This document shows, piece after piece, positions 47,833-57,327 of a stretch of DNA of 64,000 bases. Where the stretch lies: assembly GCA_963730655.1 (NCBI GenBank), contig CAVSSI010000009.1:181141-245140 (forward strand). Direction: 5' to 3'. Source of the stretch: an uncultured Bacteroidota bacterium. GTDB taxonomy: Bacteria > Bacteroidota > Bacteroidia > Chitinophagales > Chitinophagaceae. The translations under genes and the position numbers were made by a program. A model generated the notes under the pieces. That model searched no databases. It saw nothing but the letters and a program-made list of their open reading frames with translations, and was not told the origin of the DNA. The stretch's first letter is position 1; each line of letters opens with the position of its first letter.

Positions 47833-48240
47833 TTATTTCATCCCCAAGATGCGCAACAGGGGATATTCGGAATCTTCAGGCAGATCAGAGGAACGGTCAG
47901 GAGAAACTTCAACATTTACTTTTACCGTCTTTTTTTCCTGCAACTCAATTATTTCCTGATATTTATATTTTTGATAGCCTTTCTTTTCAAAACGGAGGTT
48001 TACATGGCAGGATGGTAATTGTTTAAAATAGTAGTAGCCGTCCACATCGGTCAATACTTCCTTTGAAGTAGGATCCCCGGGAAACATAGCTGAGACCACC
48101 ACACCGGATACCGGTTTTTTGGTAACCGCATCCAGCACCTGACCTTTTATGCAGGGTTCCGCTTTGCCATCACTGGCATAGAGCCCGCCGCAAAGAATGC
48201 AGGTAAAAACGAAAAATACCAGGTAGAAACTAAATTTCAT
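47833..48240 (-). CDS. Carboxypeptidase-regulatory-like domain secreted protein
   Basis: IKGQVLDAVTKKPVSGVVV, TDVDGYY, FEKKGY; its ATG overlaps the upstream gene's TGA. Confidence 0.75.
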   Translation of the reverse strand: MKFSFYLVFFVFTCILCGGLYASDGKAEPCIKGQVLDAVTKKPVSGVVVSAMFPGDPTSKEVLTDVDGYYYFKQLPSCHVNLRFEKKGYQKYKYQEIIELQEKKTVKVNVEVSPDRSSDLPEDSEYPLLRILGMK

Positions 48241-49199
48241 GGTTTTTGCAGATTACAAGGTAAAGGTTCATTCCAGGTTTTCCTAAATTCTGACCATAAA
48301 TTTTCTATAATTTCGGCAGCTGGCAGGATTTCGTGGATCAGGGCGCTTACCTGTCCTACCTCCAGTTCCCCCTCTTCCAGGTCTCCCTCAAACATGCCTT
48401 TTTTAGCCCTTCCCTTTCCAAGAATATCTTTCAGACTTTCAACTGAGGCACCGGCCTGCTCTGCAGCTTCCAGTTTTTTGAAAAGCCCGTTTTTCAACAT
48501 TCTCACAGGCATCAACGATTTTAGGGTCAGCATGGTATCTCCCTCCCCGGCTTTCAGAACATAATTTTTAAAATCAGGATGGGAGGAAGATTCCTTACTC
48601 AACACAAACCGGGTTCCGATCTGCACGCCGGCCGCTCCCAGGGCCATGGCGGCGAACATTTGACGGCCGGTGGCGATCCCGCCAGCGGCAATAACCGGAA
48701 TTTGAACCGCTTCCACTACCGCAGGAATCAGTACCATCGTGGTGGTTTCATCCCTTCCGTTATGGCCGCCGGCTTCAAAGCCCTCAGCTACTACGGCATC
48801 ACATCCTGCTGCTGCCGCCTTTTGGGCAAACCGGCTGCTGCTGACGACATGCACCACACGGACTCCCTTCTCTTTTAAGACGCCGGTCCAGGTTGCCGGG
48901 TTACCGGCGGAAGTAAAAACAATGGAAATTTTTTCTTCCAGAACGATCTCCATATGTTTTTGAGCATCAGGGTACATCAGGGGGATATTGACCCCGAAAG
49001 GATTTGACGTGGCGGCCCGGCACTTTCTGATCTGTTCCCGGAAGGTATCCGAATCCATACTTCCGCCACCAATCAGGCCCAGTCCGCCTGCGTTACTTAC
49101 GGCCGATGCCAGCTGCCATCCACTATTCCAGACCATTCCGGCCTGGATAATGGGGTACCGGACACCGAAAAGGCGGGTTATTGTATTCGAAAATTCCAA
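48237..49199 (-). CDS. Nitronate monooxygenase / FabK-like flavoenzyme
   Basis: YPIIQAGM, AVSNAGGLG, EGFEAGGH, IAAGGI, QIGTRF; TTG start. Confidence 0.9.
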   Translation of the reverse strand: MEFSNTITRLFGVRYPIIQAGMVWNSGWQLASAVSNAGGLGLIGGGSMDSDTFREQIRKCRAATSNPFGVNIPLMYPDAQKHMEIVLEEKISIVFTSAGNPATWTGVLKEKGVRVVHVVSSSRFAQKAAAAGCDAVVAEGFEAGGHNGRDETTTMVLIPAVVEAVQIPVIAAGGIATGRQMFAAMALGAAGVQIGTRFVLSKESSSHPDFKNYVLKAGEGDTMLTLKSLMPVRMLKNGLFKKLEAAEQAGASVESLKDILGKGRAKKGMFEGDLEEGELEVGQVSALIHEILPAAEIIENLWSEFRKTWNEPLPCNLQKP

Positions 49200-49286
49200 G
49201 AAACCAAAGGTAATACCGGTGGATAGTTTGTTTTTTTTAATTATTCATAAAAAGTTACATTTATGAACACAATATAAGTAGACGGC

Positions 49287-50063
49287 ATGCACAAACCTTT
49301 GCTGCTTCTGATCAGTGCAGGTTGTTTAATTTCCTGCCATAAAGACGCGTCAAGTCTGGCAAATAATATTACATGGTTCGGCAGGCAGAACAATGCTGTA
49401 TATAATTACGTATTGGTCAATGCCAATCAGGTACTCACACAGACTGATTCAGAAGAATTACATGTTGGTATCAATGCAGCTTTTATTGATAGTAATAATC
49501 ACCAGATAAATATCGTTCGTGCGTTGTACGTAAATAATCTGGCCATTGAACCCGGTCAGGATTCCACTTACAATTACAGTTTTCCTAAAGGTGGGAATAC
49601 AGGTCTGCCTCTTTTCGGATCCCAGGTGCTCGTCACCATCCGGGGCATGGACGAAACTGATACGGTTACCAGTTCCCTTTATTTACCCAAACAACTGTCG
49701 GGGAGCAATACGAAATATCCCGATATTCTTTCCCGTAATATTGGTCTGAAACTGAACTGGTCTCCGGATAGTGAAAATACCTGGGGCAACGTAATGATTC
49801 AGCTTTATTATTTCAATACCCTTAGTTTAAAAGGGGATTCAACCTTACCACAAACCATTTCAACCGTTAATCTTACAGTCCCGGACAATGGCACTTATTT
49901 TTTATCAAAGTCAGATCTGAATAGTTTTCCGGTTAATGCCTATATCGGTATTACCATTGCCCGGGGTACCCAGACCGAAGCCATCCTCCCGGTTTCCCAC
50001 AAAAGGGTTTATTATTTTTCCAGTGCTTCGGTGAGTACACCTCCGGTGAAGCTGGCGCAATAA
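49287..50063 (+). CDS. Hypothetical lipoprotein
   Basis: Lipobox LISC-HKD; beta-rich 258 aa uninterrupted ORF. Confidence 0.75.
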   Translation: MHKPLLLLISAGCLISCHKDASSLANNITWFGRQNNAVYNYVLVNANQVLTQTDSEELHVGINAAFIDSNNHQINIVRALYVNNLAIEPGQDSTYNYSFPKGGNTGLPLFGSQVLVTIRGMDETDTVTSSLYLPKQLSGSNTKYPDILSRNIGLKLNWSPDSENTWGNVMIQLYYFNTLSLKGDSTLPQTISTVNLTVPDNGTYFLSKSDLNSFPVNAYIGITIARGTQTEAILPVSHKRVYYFSSASVSTPPVKLAQ

Positions 50064-50213
50064 GCCTAACGCCCAACGCCTAACGCCTAACGCCTAACGC
50101 CAAACGCCTAACGCCTAACGCCTAAATGGTAAGATACTTTTGCAAATTAAATAATGGGACTGTTCATAATTATAAAAAGCTTTCGGCCTTAGGCTTTGAG
50201 CTTTAAGCTTTGA
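50064..50213. repeat. 7-bp array GCCTAAC x9 with degenerate inverted arm containing the permease stop
   Basis: 50064-50126 nine units; 50179-50213 TTTCGGC CTTAGGC TTTGAGC TTTAAGC. Confidence 0.92.
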
Positions 50214-51534
50214 AAACCCACTTCAGCATATTCTTCCAGGTAGGCTTTTTTCCGTAGAGCAGGATACCGGTCCGGTAAATTTTTCCAGCCAGCCAGGTGG
50301 TAAATAAAAATCCGCCTGCCAGCAATCCCATACTTAACAAAAGCTGCCAGTAGGGAACCGTAGTGGGTATGCCATAGGGAATCCTGGCCATCATCACAAT
50401 GGGTGAGCTAAAGGGAATCATACTGGACCAGACCGCCAGCGGACCGGCCGGATCCTGGATGGCCATCGCCATGATGATCCAGGAAAAAATAATCGGCATG
50501 GTGATGGGCAACATCAGTGACTGGGCTTCCTGGGGATCTTCATTTACAACAGATCCGACGGCTGCAAAAAGGGAGGCATAGAATAAATATCCCCCGATAA
50601 AATAAAAAATAAAACAACCGATGATGGCGGTCCAGTTGGTATGCTGTACGGACTGCTTCAGTTCAAAAATCTGTCGGGCGGCTTCGCTTCCCTGTGCCAT
50701 TTGAGCATTTCCCACGGCATTGGCGGATTGCATATGCTGCACTTCCATCATCAGTTCATGGGGAATAAACAATTGGGCAACCATGAACAGTGAAAAAAAG
50801 AAAACGATCCAGAGAAGAAACTGGGTAAGTCCGACAGCTCCGATACCGATAATTTTTCCCATCATCAGCTGGAATGGTTTTACCGAACTCACAATAACTT
50901 CAGCAACACGGCTGGTTTTTTCTTCCATTACCCCTCTCATCACCATGGCTCCGTAAATAAAAGTGAGCAGGTAAATCAGAAATCCGCAGGTATATCCCAC
51001 ACCATATGATAACCCCTGACTGGATGCCTGGGACTTTTTTCCCTCATCGGAAAAAGTCTGCAGCTCGGCAATGTCCGAAGCGTTGCGAATGGAATCAAGT
51101 CTTCCCCGGGTGATATTTGTTTTGGTAAAGATCATATGATCGGTAATGGCAGAATTAATCCTTTTTTCCAGGTCATCAATGCTGGTCAGTCCCAGCTGCT
51201 TCTTATATTTTAACCGGTAGACGGTTTTCTGGTTTTCTTCCAGCACCGGGATAATCAGAACCGCACTGCAGTTTTTTTCTGAATAGTTCAGGGTATCCAG
51301 TTCCGGAGAAAAATCAAAATAAATAGAGGAATCACTTCTCAGATAGTTTTTGAAATATCCATTCTGATCCACCACTGCCACGCGGTGATTGGTCTTGCCT
51401 TTGATACCCAGGTAAACGGTTCCGATGATGAAAAGGATGATAACGATGGGCAGGAGGAAGGTAGAAATCAGAAAAGTTTTATTTCTTATGCGGGTTAAGT
51501 ATTCCCGACGGATGATCAGGCCGATCTTATTCAT
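50203..51534 (-). CDS. ABC-2 permease (NatB/YhaP-like)
   Basis: IIRREYLTR, GVMEEKTSRVAEVIVSSVKP, IPFSSPIVM, KIYRTGIL. Confidence 0.9.
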   Translation of the reverse strand: MNKIGLIIRREYLTRIRNKTFLISTFLLPIVIILFIIGTVYLGIKGKTNHRVAVVDQNGYFKNYLRSDSSIYFDFSPELDTLNYSEKNCSAVLIIPVLEENQKTVYRLKYKKQLGLTSIDDLEKRINSAITDHMIFTKTNITRGRLDSIRNASDIAELQTFSDEGKKSQASSQGLSYGVGYTCGFLIYLLTFIYGAMVMRGVMEEKTSRVAEVIVSSVKPFQLMMGKIIGIGAVGLTQFLLWIVFFFSLFMVAQLFIPHELMMEVQHMQSANAVGNAQMAQGSEAARQIFELKQSVQHTNWTAIIGCFIFYFIGGYLFYASLFAAVGSVVNEDPQEAQSLMLPITMPIIFSWIIMAMAIQDPAGPLAVWSSMIPFSSPIVMMARIPYGIPTTVPYWQLLLSMGLLAGGFLFTTWLAGKIYRTGILLYGKKPTWKNMLKWVFKA

Positions 51535-51537
51535 AGT

Positions 51538-52470
51538 TTAAGATTGTTTAGGTTGAAACTGACGGGAGAGGGAAGTGCCTTCCACCAGTTTGATAAAAAT
51601 TTCGTTTAAGGATGGAAGCATTTCCGTAAATCCGAGGATATTCGATTGCTGGTCGATAAAATACCGCAGTACGTCATTGGGTTTGTGTCCTTCTTTAATG
51701 CGAATAGTCAGGTCTTCACCATTCCGGGTAATCACATCAAATATTTCCGGCTTCCCGTTTTCCGGAAGGGGACTGGCGGAAATCCGGAAAAGATTTTCCT
51801 TGTATTCCTGTTTCACGTTCGCTACCGTGCCATCCAGTATTTTACGGCCTTTGTTGACCAGTACGATATGATTACAGATTTCTTCCACCTGTTCCATACG
51901 ATGGGTGCTGAAAATAATGGAAGCACCGCTGGCTGCGAGGCGGAATATTTCATCCTTGATCAGATTGGCATTTACAGGATCGAGTCCGCTGAACGGTTCA
52001 TCCAGTATAATCAGTTCGGGTTTGTGCAGCACGGTTGTGACAAACTGAAGCTTTTGTGCCATGCCTTTACTGAGGTCTTCGATTTTTTTGTTCCACCAGG
52101 ACTGCATTTCAAAACGTGCAAACCATTCTTTCGTTTCCTTCAGGGCATCTGCGGAAGAGAGTCCTTTCAAACGGGCGAGGTAAACAGCCTGCTCACCAAT
52201 TTTCATTTTCTTATACAGTCCCCGTTCTTCAGGCATATACCCGATTTTTCCGGCGTCTTTCTCCGCTTCGAATTTTTTACCATTCAGCCGGATATTTCCT
52301 TCGTCAGGATAAAAAATACCGGTGATCATACGGATCAGGGTGGTTTTGCCTGCGCCATTCGGACCGAGTAATCCAAAGATGGCTCCTTTGTCCACTTTGA
52401 AGCTGATATCGTCTACAGCTTTCTGAGTTGTAAAATATTTTTTCAGGTGATCTACCTCAAGCATTGACAT
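51538..52470 (-). CDS. ABC transporter ATP-binding protein
   Basis: GPNGAGKTT, LSKGMAQK, ILDEPFSGLD, FSTHRME. Confidence 0.93.
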   Translation of the reverse strand: MSMLEVDHLKKYFTTQKAVDDISFKVDKGAIFGLLGPNGAGKTTLIRMITGIFYPDEGNIRLNGKKFEAEKDAGKIGYMPEERGLYKKMKIGEQAVYLARLKGLSSADALKETKEWFARFEMQSWWNKKIEDLSKGMAQKLQFVTTVLHKPELIILDEPFSGLDPVNANLIKDEIFRLAASGASIIFSTHRMEQVEEICNHIVLVNKGRKILDGTVANVKQEYKENLFRISASPLPENGKPEIFDVITRNGEDLTIRIKEGHKPNDVLRYFIDQQSNILGFTEMLPSLNEIFIKLVEGTSLSRQFQPKQS

Positions 52471-52477
52471 GTATAGA

Positions 52478-54056
52478 CTATTTGGGTGAAAATATTTCTG
52501 CGATTTTTTCGGCAACGCGTTCACCGTCCATGGCAGCACTCATAATACCACCGGCATATCCGGCTCCTTCTCCGCAGGGGAATAAATTCCTTAGCTGCGG
52601 GTGAAACAGGGACTCCTCATCCCTGGGAATACGTACAGGGGATGAAGTTCTCGATTCTACGGCAACAACTACCGCTTCTTCTGAAAAATATCCTTTCATT
52701 TTGTCGCCGAAGGCCGGAAAGGCTTTTTGAAGGCTGACACCAATGTCTTTCGGAAAAACATCGGGAACATTCATTGCCCGCAGACCCGGGGTATAGGAAC
52801 AGGCGGGAAGTGTGGCAGAAACCATTCCCTTTACAAAATCCGTAAGTCTTTGCGCGGGTGCCTTAAATAATCCGCCTCCCATGGTAAAAGCCTTTTGTTC
52901 GATGGATTGCTGGAAATACATCGCAGCCAGGGCACCATGTTTTGAATAGGCCTGCCAGTCTTTTTCTTCTATGTTTACTACGATGCCGGAATTGGCGAAA
53001 GGATTATTCCGTTTGGAAGGAGACCAGCCATTCACCACCAATTCTCCATCATTGGTGGAGGCAGGTGCTATAATACCACCCGGACACATGCAGAATGAAA
53101 AGACTGACCGTCTGCTTTCTGTATGTACAAGCTGGTAGGCCGCCGGGGGTAGTCCGACTACCCTGGGTCCTGATTCTCTCAGATAATGATATTGTACAGC
53201 ATTAATGAGTTCCTGCGGATGTTCCACGCGTACGCCCAGGGCGAATGGTTTGGCGTGAATTTGTTTTTTTTTCTCTGCCAGCAGTTGAAAAATATCACGG
53301 GCGGAATGGCCGGTAGCCAGTATAACCGCATCAGCAGGAAAATGGTCTCCGTCTGCGGTAAGGATCCCGGTGATTTTTTCGGTTTGTTCTGACCAGCCGG
53401 TCATTTTCTTACTAAAGTGTATCTCACCACCGCATTCCAGGATATAGTCACGCATAGCGGAGATAATGCGGGGAAGTTTATTGGTTCCAATATGCGGGTG
53501 GGCTTCATACAGAATGTTTTCTTCTGCGCCAAACTGAACAAAGAGGTCAAGGATCCGCTGGATATTTCCCCTCTTATGACTTCGGGTGTAGAGCTTACCG
53601 TCGCTGTAGGTACCAGCACCCCCTTCTCCGAAACAATAATTGCTTTCAGGATTGATGATGCCGGCTTTATTCAGTCCGGCAAGGTCCCTTCTTCTGGCGC
53701 GGACATCTTTACCCCGTTCCAGGATTATCGGCCGGATGCCTGAACGGATAAGGCTGAGTGCAGCGAATAAGTCCGGCGGGACCTGCACCAATAATAGTTA
53801 CAGATTTTTGGGCACGTGAAACATTTCTCCCGCCCTGTTGAAACAATTCCCGTTTTTGTAAGGGTTCATTGATATAGATCAATGCGGTCAGCAGTAAATG
53901 CGGAAATTTTGAACGGGCGTCAAGAGATTGTTTCAGTATATGAAAACCGGTGATATGATCAGGGGAACAGCCTGCTTCTTTTGCCAGTAATACCCGGATT
54001 TTTAGTTCATGGGATGCATCCATTACCGGAACCTTAATTTGAATTTTTTTTTGCAT
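52478..54056 (-). CDS. FAD-dependent oxidoreductase (one indel near 53780)
   Basis: IIGAGPAG, FGEGGAGTYSDGKL, PHIGTN, FCMCPGG, ESRTSSP, GEGAGYAGGI. Confidence 0.88.
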
Positions 54057-54309
54057 CCGGATTTGAAGACGTAGCAGAAAGTACTAAAAATAATTGTTGT
54101 TTGTAAAACTATGCTAAGTATATTTCAAAAAAAATTTCCCATCCAGTTTTTAATCAGGTGGTTTGCCTGAACTAACTGGTTCACCGTGGTTTACTGGCTG
54201 ATCAAATCAGGGGTGGAAAGAGGGGTTAAAATTTTTTTTAAAAAAACTTTGGTTAAAACAGAATGCTGTCAAAATATCTGTATCTTCAACTGCGTCTCAA
54301 CAAAATCAT

Positions 54310-54480
54310 ATGGAGAAATATTTTAAATCAATTTTCGACTGTTTTCGTTTCTCCATTTTTTTTCTTTCTAAACCTGCATCCCTATTGAGTTTTGTTGATC
54401 CTTCTCTGTATATGAGTAACCGGATGATGGGAGTACACCGATACCAGGAGCGAAGTACAAGTGTTAAAAGTACGGGATAG
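54310..54480 (+). CDS. Candidate small ORF, 56 aa, upstream of dnaA
   Basis: Own translation MEKYFKSIFDCFRFSIFFLSKPASLLSFVDPSLYMSNRMMGVHRYQERSTSVKSTG*; A-rich leader; absent from the ORF track, whose shortest entries are 60 aa. Confidence 0.35.
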   Translation: MEKYFKSIFDCFRFSIFFLSKPASLLSFVDPSLYMSNRMMGVHRYQERSTSVKSTG

Positions 54481-54711
54481 CCAGAGCACTGATCTTTTCA
54501 GCTAATTTGTTCATTTTGAATTTCTGAAGAATTTTTTTTTATGCTTTTCCCTGCGTCTGAATGGTTCCTGAAATTACCAACTAATAAAAAATTTTTTATT
54601 CAGAAATTAATCTTGATATTCGTCCCCCTGCAAAAAATCCATCCTCGAAAAACCTCCGAAAAAACAACTTTTAAAACAGATTTTTAACCAGCCTAAACAG
54701 CTTTTTTTGTA

Positions 54712-56145
54712 ATGCCGAAAACCTTTGAAAAAGTCTGGGCCAATTGTCTTGAGATCATAAAAGATATCGTTGAATGGCAGCATTATAAAACCTGGTTTGA
54801 ACCCATTCATCCCGTAGAGTTGAAAGTGAACGTTTTGGTGATTCAGGTACCTAGTCAGTTTTTTTATGAGTACCTGGAAGAGCACTATGTGAATTTATTG
54901 GCAAAAACTTTGCGTAGGATATTGGGAAAGGATGCACGTCTGGAATACCGGATTATGGTTGACAGCGGTAATCAGCAAAACAAACCTTTGACTATGGATG
55001 TTCCTGCACATAATTATAAAACGATTTCCAGTAATGAAATGGATTTCCCCCTGATTATAAATAATCCGGTTAAGAATCCCTTTGTGATTCCGGGACTCAA
55101 GAAAATGCAGATCGACTCCCAGTTGAATCCTGTATATACATTTGATGTATTTATTGAAGGGGATGCAAACCGGGTTGCCCGCCGGGCCGGTAAAACAGTA
55201 GCTGAAAAACCAGGTGCCAATTCCTTTAATCCCCTGGTGATTTACGGAGGGGTAGGACTGGGGAAGACCCATCTGGCACAGGCCATCGGCAACGAAGTGC
55301 GGAGGATACACCACAATAAAGTGGTTTTATATGTCAGCTCCGAAAAGTTCATCAACCAGTTTATTGACCATAGCCGGAATAACGCCATCAACGATTTTAT
55401 CCATTTTTACCAGCTGGTAGATGTGCTGATCATTGATGATGTTCAGTTTTTCAACCGGGCCGAAAAGAGCCAGGATGCGTTTTTTGCCATATTTAACCAT
55501 TTACACCAGAGCGGTAAACAATTGATCCTTACTTCAGATAAACCGCCAAAGGACCTGGAAGGGGTGCAGGAAAGGTTGCTGAGCCGGTTCCGCTGGGGAC
55601 TGAGCGCCGATTTACAGGTGCCGGATTATGAAATGCGTATTGAGATCCTGGAACGCAAGATGAAGAACGACGGTCTGGAAATGCCTAAAGAGGTGGTAAA
55701 ATACCTGGCTTATAATATTAACAGCAATGTGCGTGAACTGGAGGGGGCATTGATATCCCTTCTGGCACAGTCTTCGCTTAACAAGAGGGAAATAGACCTT
55801 GAATTGTCGAAGAAAGTATTGAGAAACTTTGTAAAAACAAGCAGTAAGGAAATAACGATTGAAACTATTCAGCGGATGGTTTGCGAATATTTCGACCTGC
55901 CTTACGACAAACTTCTTCAAAAAACGAGGAAGCGGGAAATTGTGCAGGCCCGTCAGATCACGATGTACCTGGCAAAGGCATTTACGAAGAACTCATTAAA
56001 AACAATCGGCGAACATTTCGGGGGAAGAGATCATACAACGGTGATTCATTCCTGCCAGACGGTGAAGGACCTGATGGATACCGACAGCCTCTTCCGCGAA
56101 AACGTTACCGAGCTGCAACAGAAAGTTCAGCTGGCAGCGATGTAA
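54712..56145 (+). CDS. dnaA: Chromosomal replication initiator DnaA
   Basis: YTFDVFIEGDAN, YGGVGLGKTHL, IDDVQF, RLLSRF, NVRELEGAL, GGRDHTTVIHS. Confidence 0.98.
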   Translation: MPKTFEKVWANCLEIIKDIVEWQHYKTWFEPIHPVELKVNVLVIQVPSQFFYEYLEEHYVNLLAKTLRRILGKDARLEYRIMVDSGNQQNKPLTMDVPAHNYKTISSNEMDFPLIINNPVKNPFVIPGLKKMQIDSQLNPVYTFDVFIEGDANRVARRAGKTVAEKPGANSFNPLVIYGGVGLGKTHLAQAIGNEVRRIHHNKVVLYVSSEKFINQFIDHSRNNAINDFIHFYQLVDVLIIDDVQFFNRAEKSQDAFFAIFNHLHQSGKQLILTSDKPPKDLEGVQERLLSRFRWGLSADLQVPDYEMRIEILERKMKNDGLEMPKEVVKYLAYNINSNVRELEGALISLLAQSSLNKREIDLELSKKVLRNFVKTSSKEITIETIQRMVCEYFDLPYDKLLQKTRKREIVQARQITMYLAKAFTKNSLKTIGEHFGGRDHTTVIHSCQTVKDLMDTDSLFRENVTELQQKVQLAAM

Positions 56146-56149
56146 AACA

Positions 56150-56177
56150 AGTTAAAAGTTAATAGTTAATAGTGAAG
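56150..56177. repeat. 7-bp array AGTTAAW after the dnaA stop
   Basis: AGTTAAA AGTTAAT AGTTAAT AGTGAAG. Confidence 0.65.
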
Positions 56178-56201
56178 AGCCCGGGTAATTCCGGGCTTTT
56201 T
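56178..56201 (+). terminator. dnaA intrinsic terminator
   Basis: AGCCCGG-gtaatt-CCGGGCT then T run. Confidence 0.8.
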
Positions 56202-56208
56202 GCATTTG

Positions 56209-56250
56209 GCATCACGAGCCTCATGCCTCAGAGCTTCACGCCTCAAGCCC
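56209..56250. repeat. 7-bp array GCYTCAN (reverse-complement family of the 26430 array)
   Basis: GCATCAC..GCCTCAT GCCTCAGA GCTTCAC GCCTCAA GCC. Confidence 0.65.
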
Positions 56251-56355
56251 AGGAAAAGTATGGGATCTTTTCAGTTTCCGGCGCAGCTCAAACAGGGCAA
56301 CAGACCGCTCTCTGTCCTGTCGAAAAAAACGCAGAAGGGTATACAGTAGGTTCAT
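56236..56355 (-). CDS. Candidate small basic protein, 39 aa
   Basis: MNLLYTLLRFFRQDRERSVALFELRRKLKRSHTFPGLEA*; ATGA overlap with the upstream sORF. Confidence 0.35.
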   Translation of the reverse strand: MNLLYTLLRFFRQDRERSVALFELRRKLKRSHTFPGLEA

Positions 56356-56513
56356 AATCCTTGTAGTATTGAATTGACAAAATGATGTACCTGGGGTTGG
56401 AAAAAAGCAAACAGCAGGGTGGCCAGGAGGTAACCGGCCATAAAACTGGAGAATAAAAGTTTTTTAGAAAGCGGCTTGTTATTTTCCATAACAGCCGTCA
56501 GGAATTTCTTCAT
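56352..56513 (-). CDS. Candidate small membrane protein, 53 aa
   Basis: MKKFLTAVMENNKPLSKKLLFSSFMAGYLLATLLFAFFQPQVHHFVNSILQGL*; one TM-like segment. Confidence 0.45.
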   Translation of the reverse strand: MKKFLTAVMENNKPLSKKLLFSSFMAGYLLATLLFAFFQPQVHHFVNSILQGL

Positions 56514-56630
56514 ATTCGGTTTTTAACAGATAATGGATGGTGGTTAACTCTTCCTGCAGCCGGTTTATTGTCCCGGGCCGGGACTTTTTGTTTAGCGAAC
56601 CAAAAATGCGGAAGGTGTGTAATAAATCTT

Positions 56631-56638
56631 TATTTTTG
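56631..56638 (+). promoter_or_regulatory. -7 box for tRNA-Ser
   Basis: TATTTTTG-CATCCC upstream of the tRNA. Confidence 0.65.
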
Positions 56639-56650
56639 CATCCCCGTTTA

Positions 56651-56720
56651 CGGTTGGCAGTTGACCGTTGGCGGTTGACGGTATGGCCTTAAGCTTTGAG
56701 CTTTAGGCTTTACGCTTAAA
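56651..56720. repeat. Two adjacent 7-bp arrays in the tRNA 5' leader
   Basis: CGGTTGG CAGTTGA CCGTTGG CGGTTGA CGGT, then CCTTAAG CTTTGAG CTTTAGG CTTTACG CTTAAA. Confidence 0.8.
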
Positions 56721-56722
56721 AC

Positions 56723-56813
56723 GGAGAGGTGCCTGAGTGGCCGAAAGGGCCGGTTTGCTAAACCGTTATACGAGCTTAAACTTGTATCGAGGGTTCGAAT
56801 CCCTCCCTCTCCG
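56723..56813 (+). tRNA. tRNA-Ser (GCT)
   Basis: GGAGAGG/CCTCTCC acceptor stem, discriminator G, anticodon loop TTGCTAA, long variable arm, GGTTCGAATCC T-arm; CCA not encoded. Confidence 0.96.
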
Positions 56814-56819
56814 CAAAAC

Positions 56820-56982
56820 TAAAAGAATGTCCCGCGAAAGCGGGCATTTTTGTTTTGTAGACCTGCCAAGCTTGCTTGGGCAGGTCGGAAAAACAAAAAA
56901 TGGAAGTGAGCGAAGCGAACAGACATTCTTTTAATTTGAAGCCTCCCATTTAAGGGATCACCTGGGAGCAAAGCGACCAGGT
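56820..56982 (+). other. Multi-hairpin structured element directly 3' of tRNA-Ser
   Basis: TAAAAGAATGTC/GACATTCTTTTA closing stem, CCCGC-GAAA-GCGGG, GACCTGCC/GGCAGGTC, ACCTGG/CCAGGT; GAGCRAAGCGA twice. Confidence 0.7.
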
Positions 56983-57327
56983 AACTTCCCTGCTGAAATC
57001 GATTATTTTAGATTTGAAGAAATCAGGGAAGCCCACGAATATCGGTCTGCGGGCTTTCTCAATCTTAAGCTTCCTCGGTTTTCCCATGCCCAAAAGAAAA
57101 ACAGATTGCCCACCGGGACAACAGGCAAGAAAAGTTAAAAGTAAAACTCCGACAAAACCTTTAAGAAGTATTTGATTTTTCAGTTTTTAAAATTCGATTG
57201 GAACACTGGAAAAATATCGTTTTCCATTGTGAAAAGTCGAATCTGGCTCTGTTCCGTTCTTTGCTCCTTAAAGTGAACTATATTAGAACTTATTTAAAAA
57301 ACAGTTTAATAAAACTATTTTATTGCA

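Noticed and set aside
51646-52371. Long antisense ORFs (this 241-aa one; also 9209..9775, 47091..47633)
   Set aside because: Shadows of well-supported genes on the opposite strand, with no recognisable motifs.
54057-54711. oriC next to dnaA
   Set aside because: AT-rich, but I found no TTATCCACA-type boxes on either side of dnaA; one match at 11770 is isolated inside ftsZ.
56737-56934. 65-aa ORF from the track
   Set aside because: Overlaps tRNA-Ser and the hairpin element; spurious.
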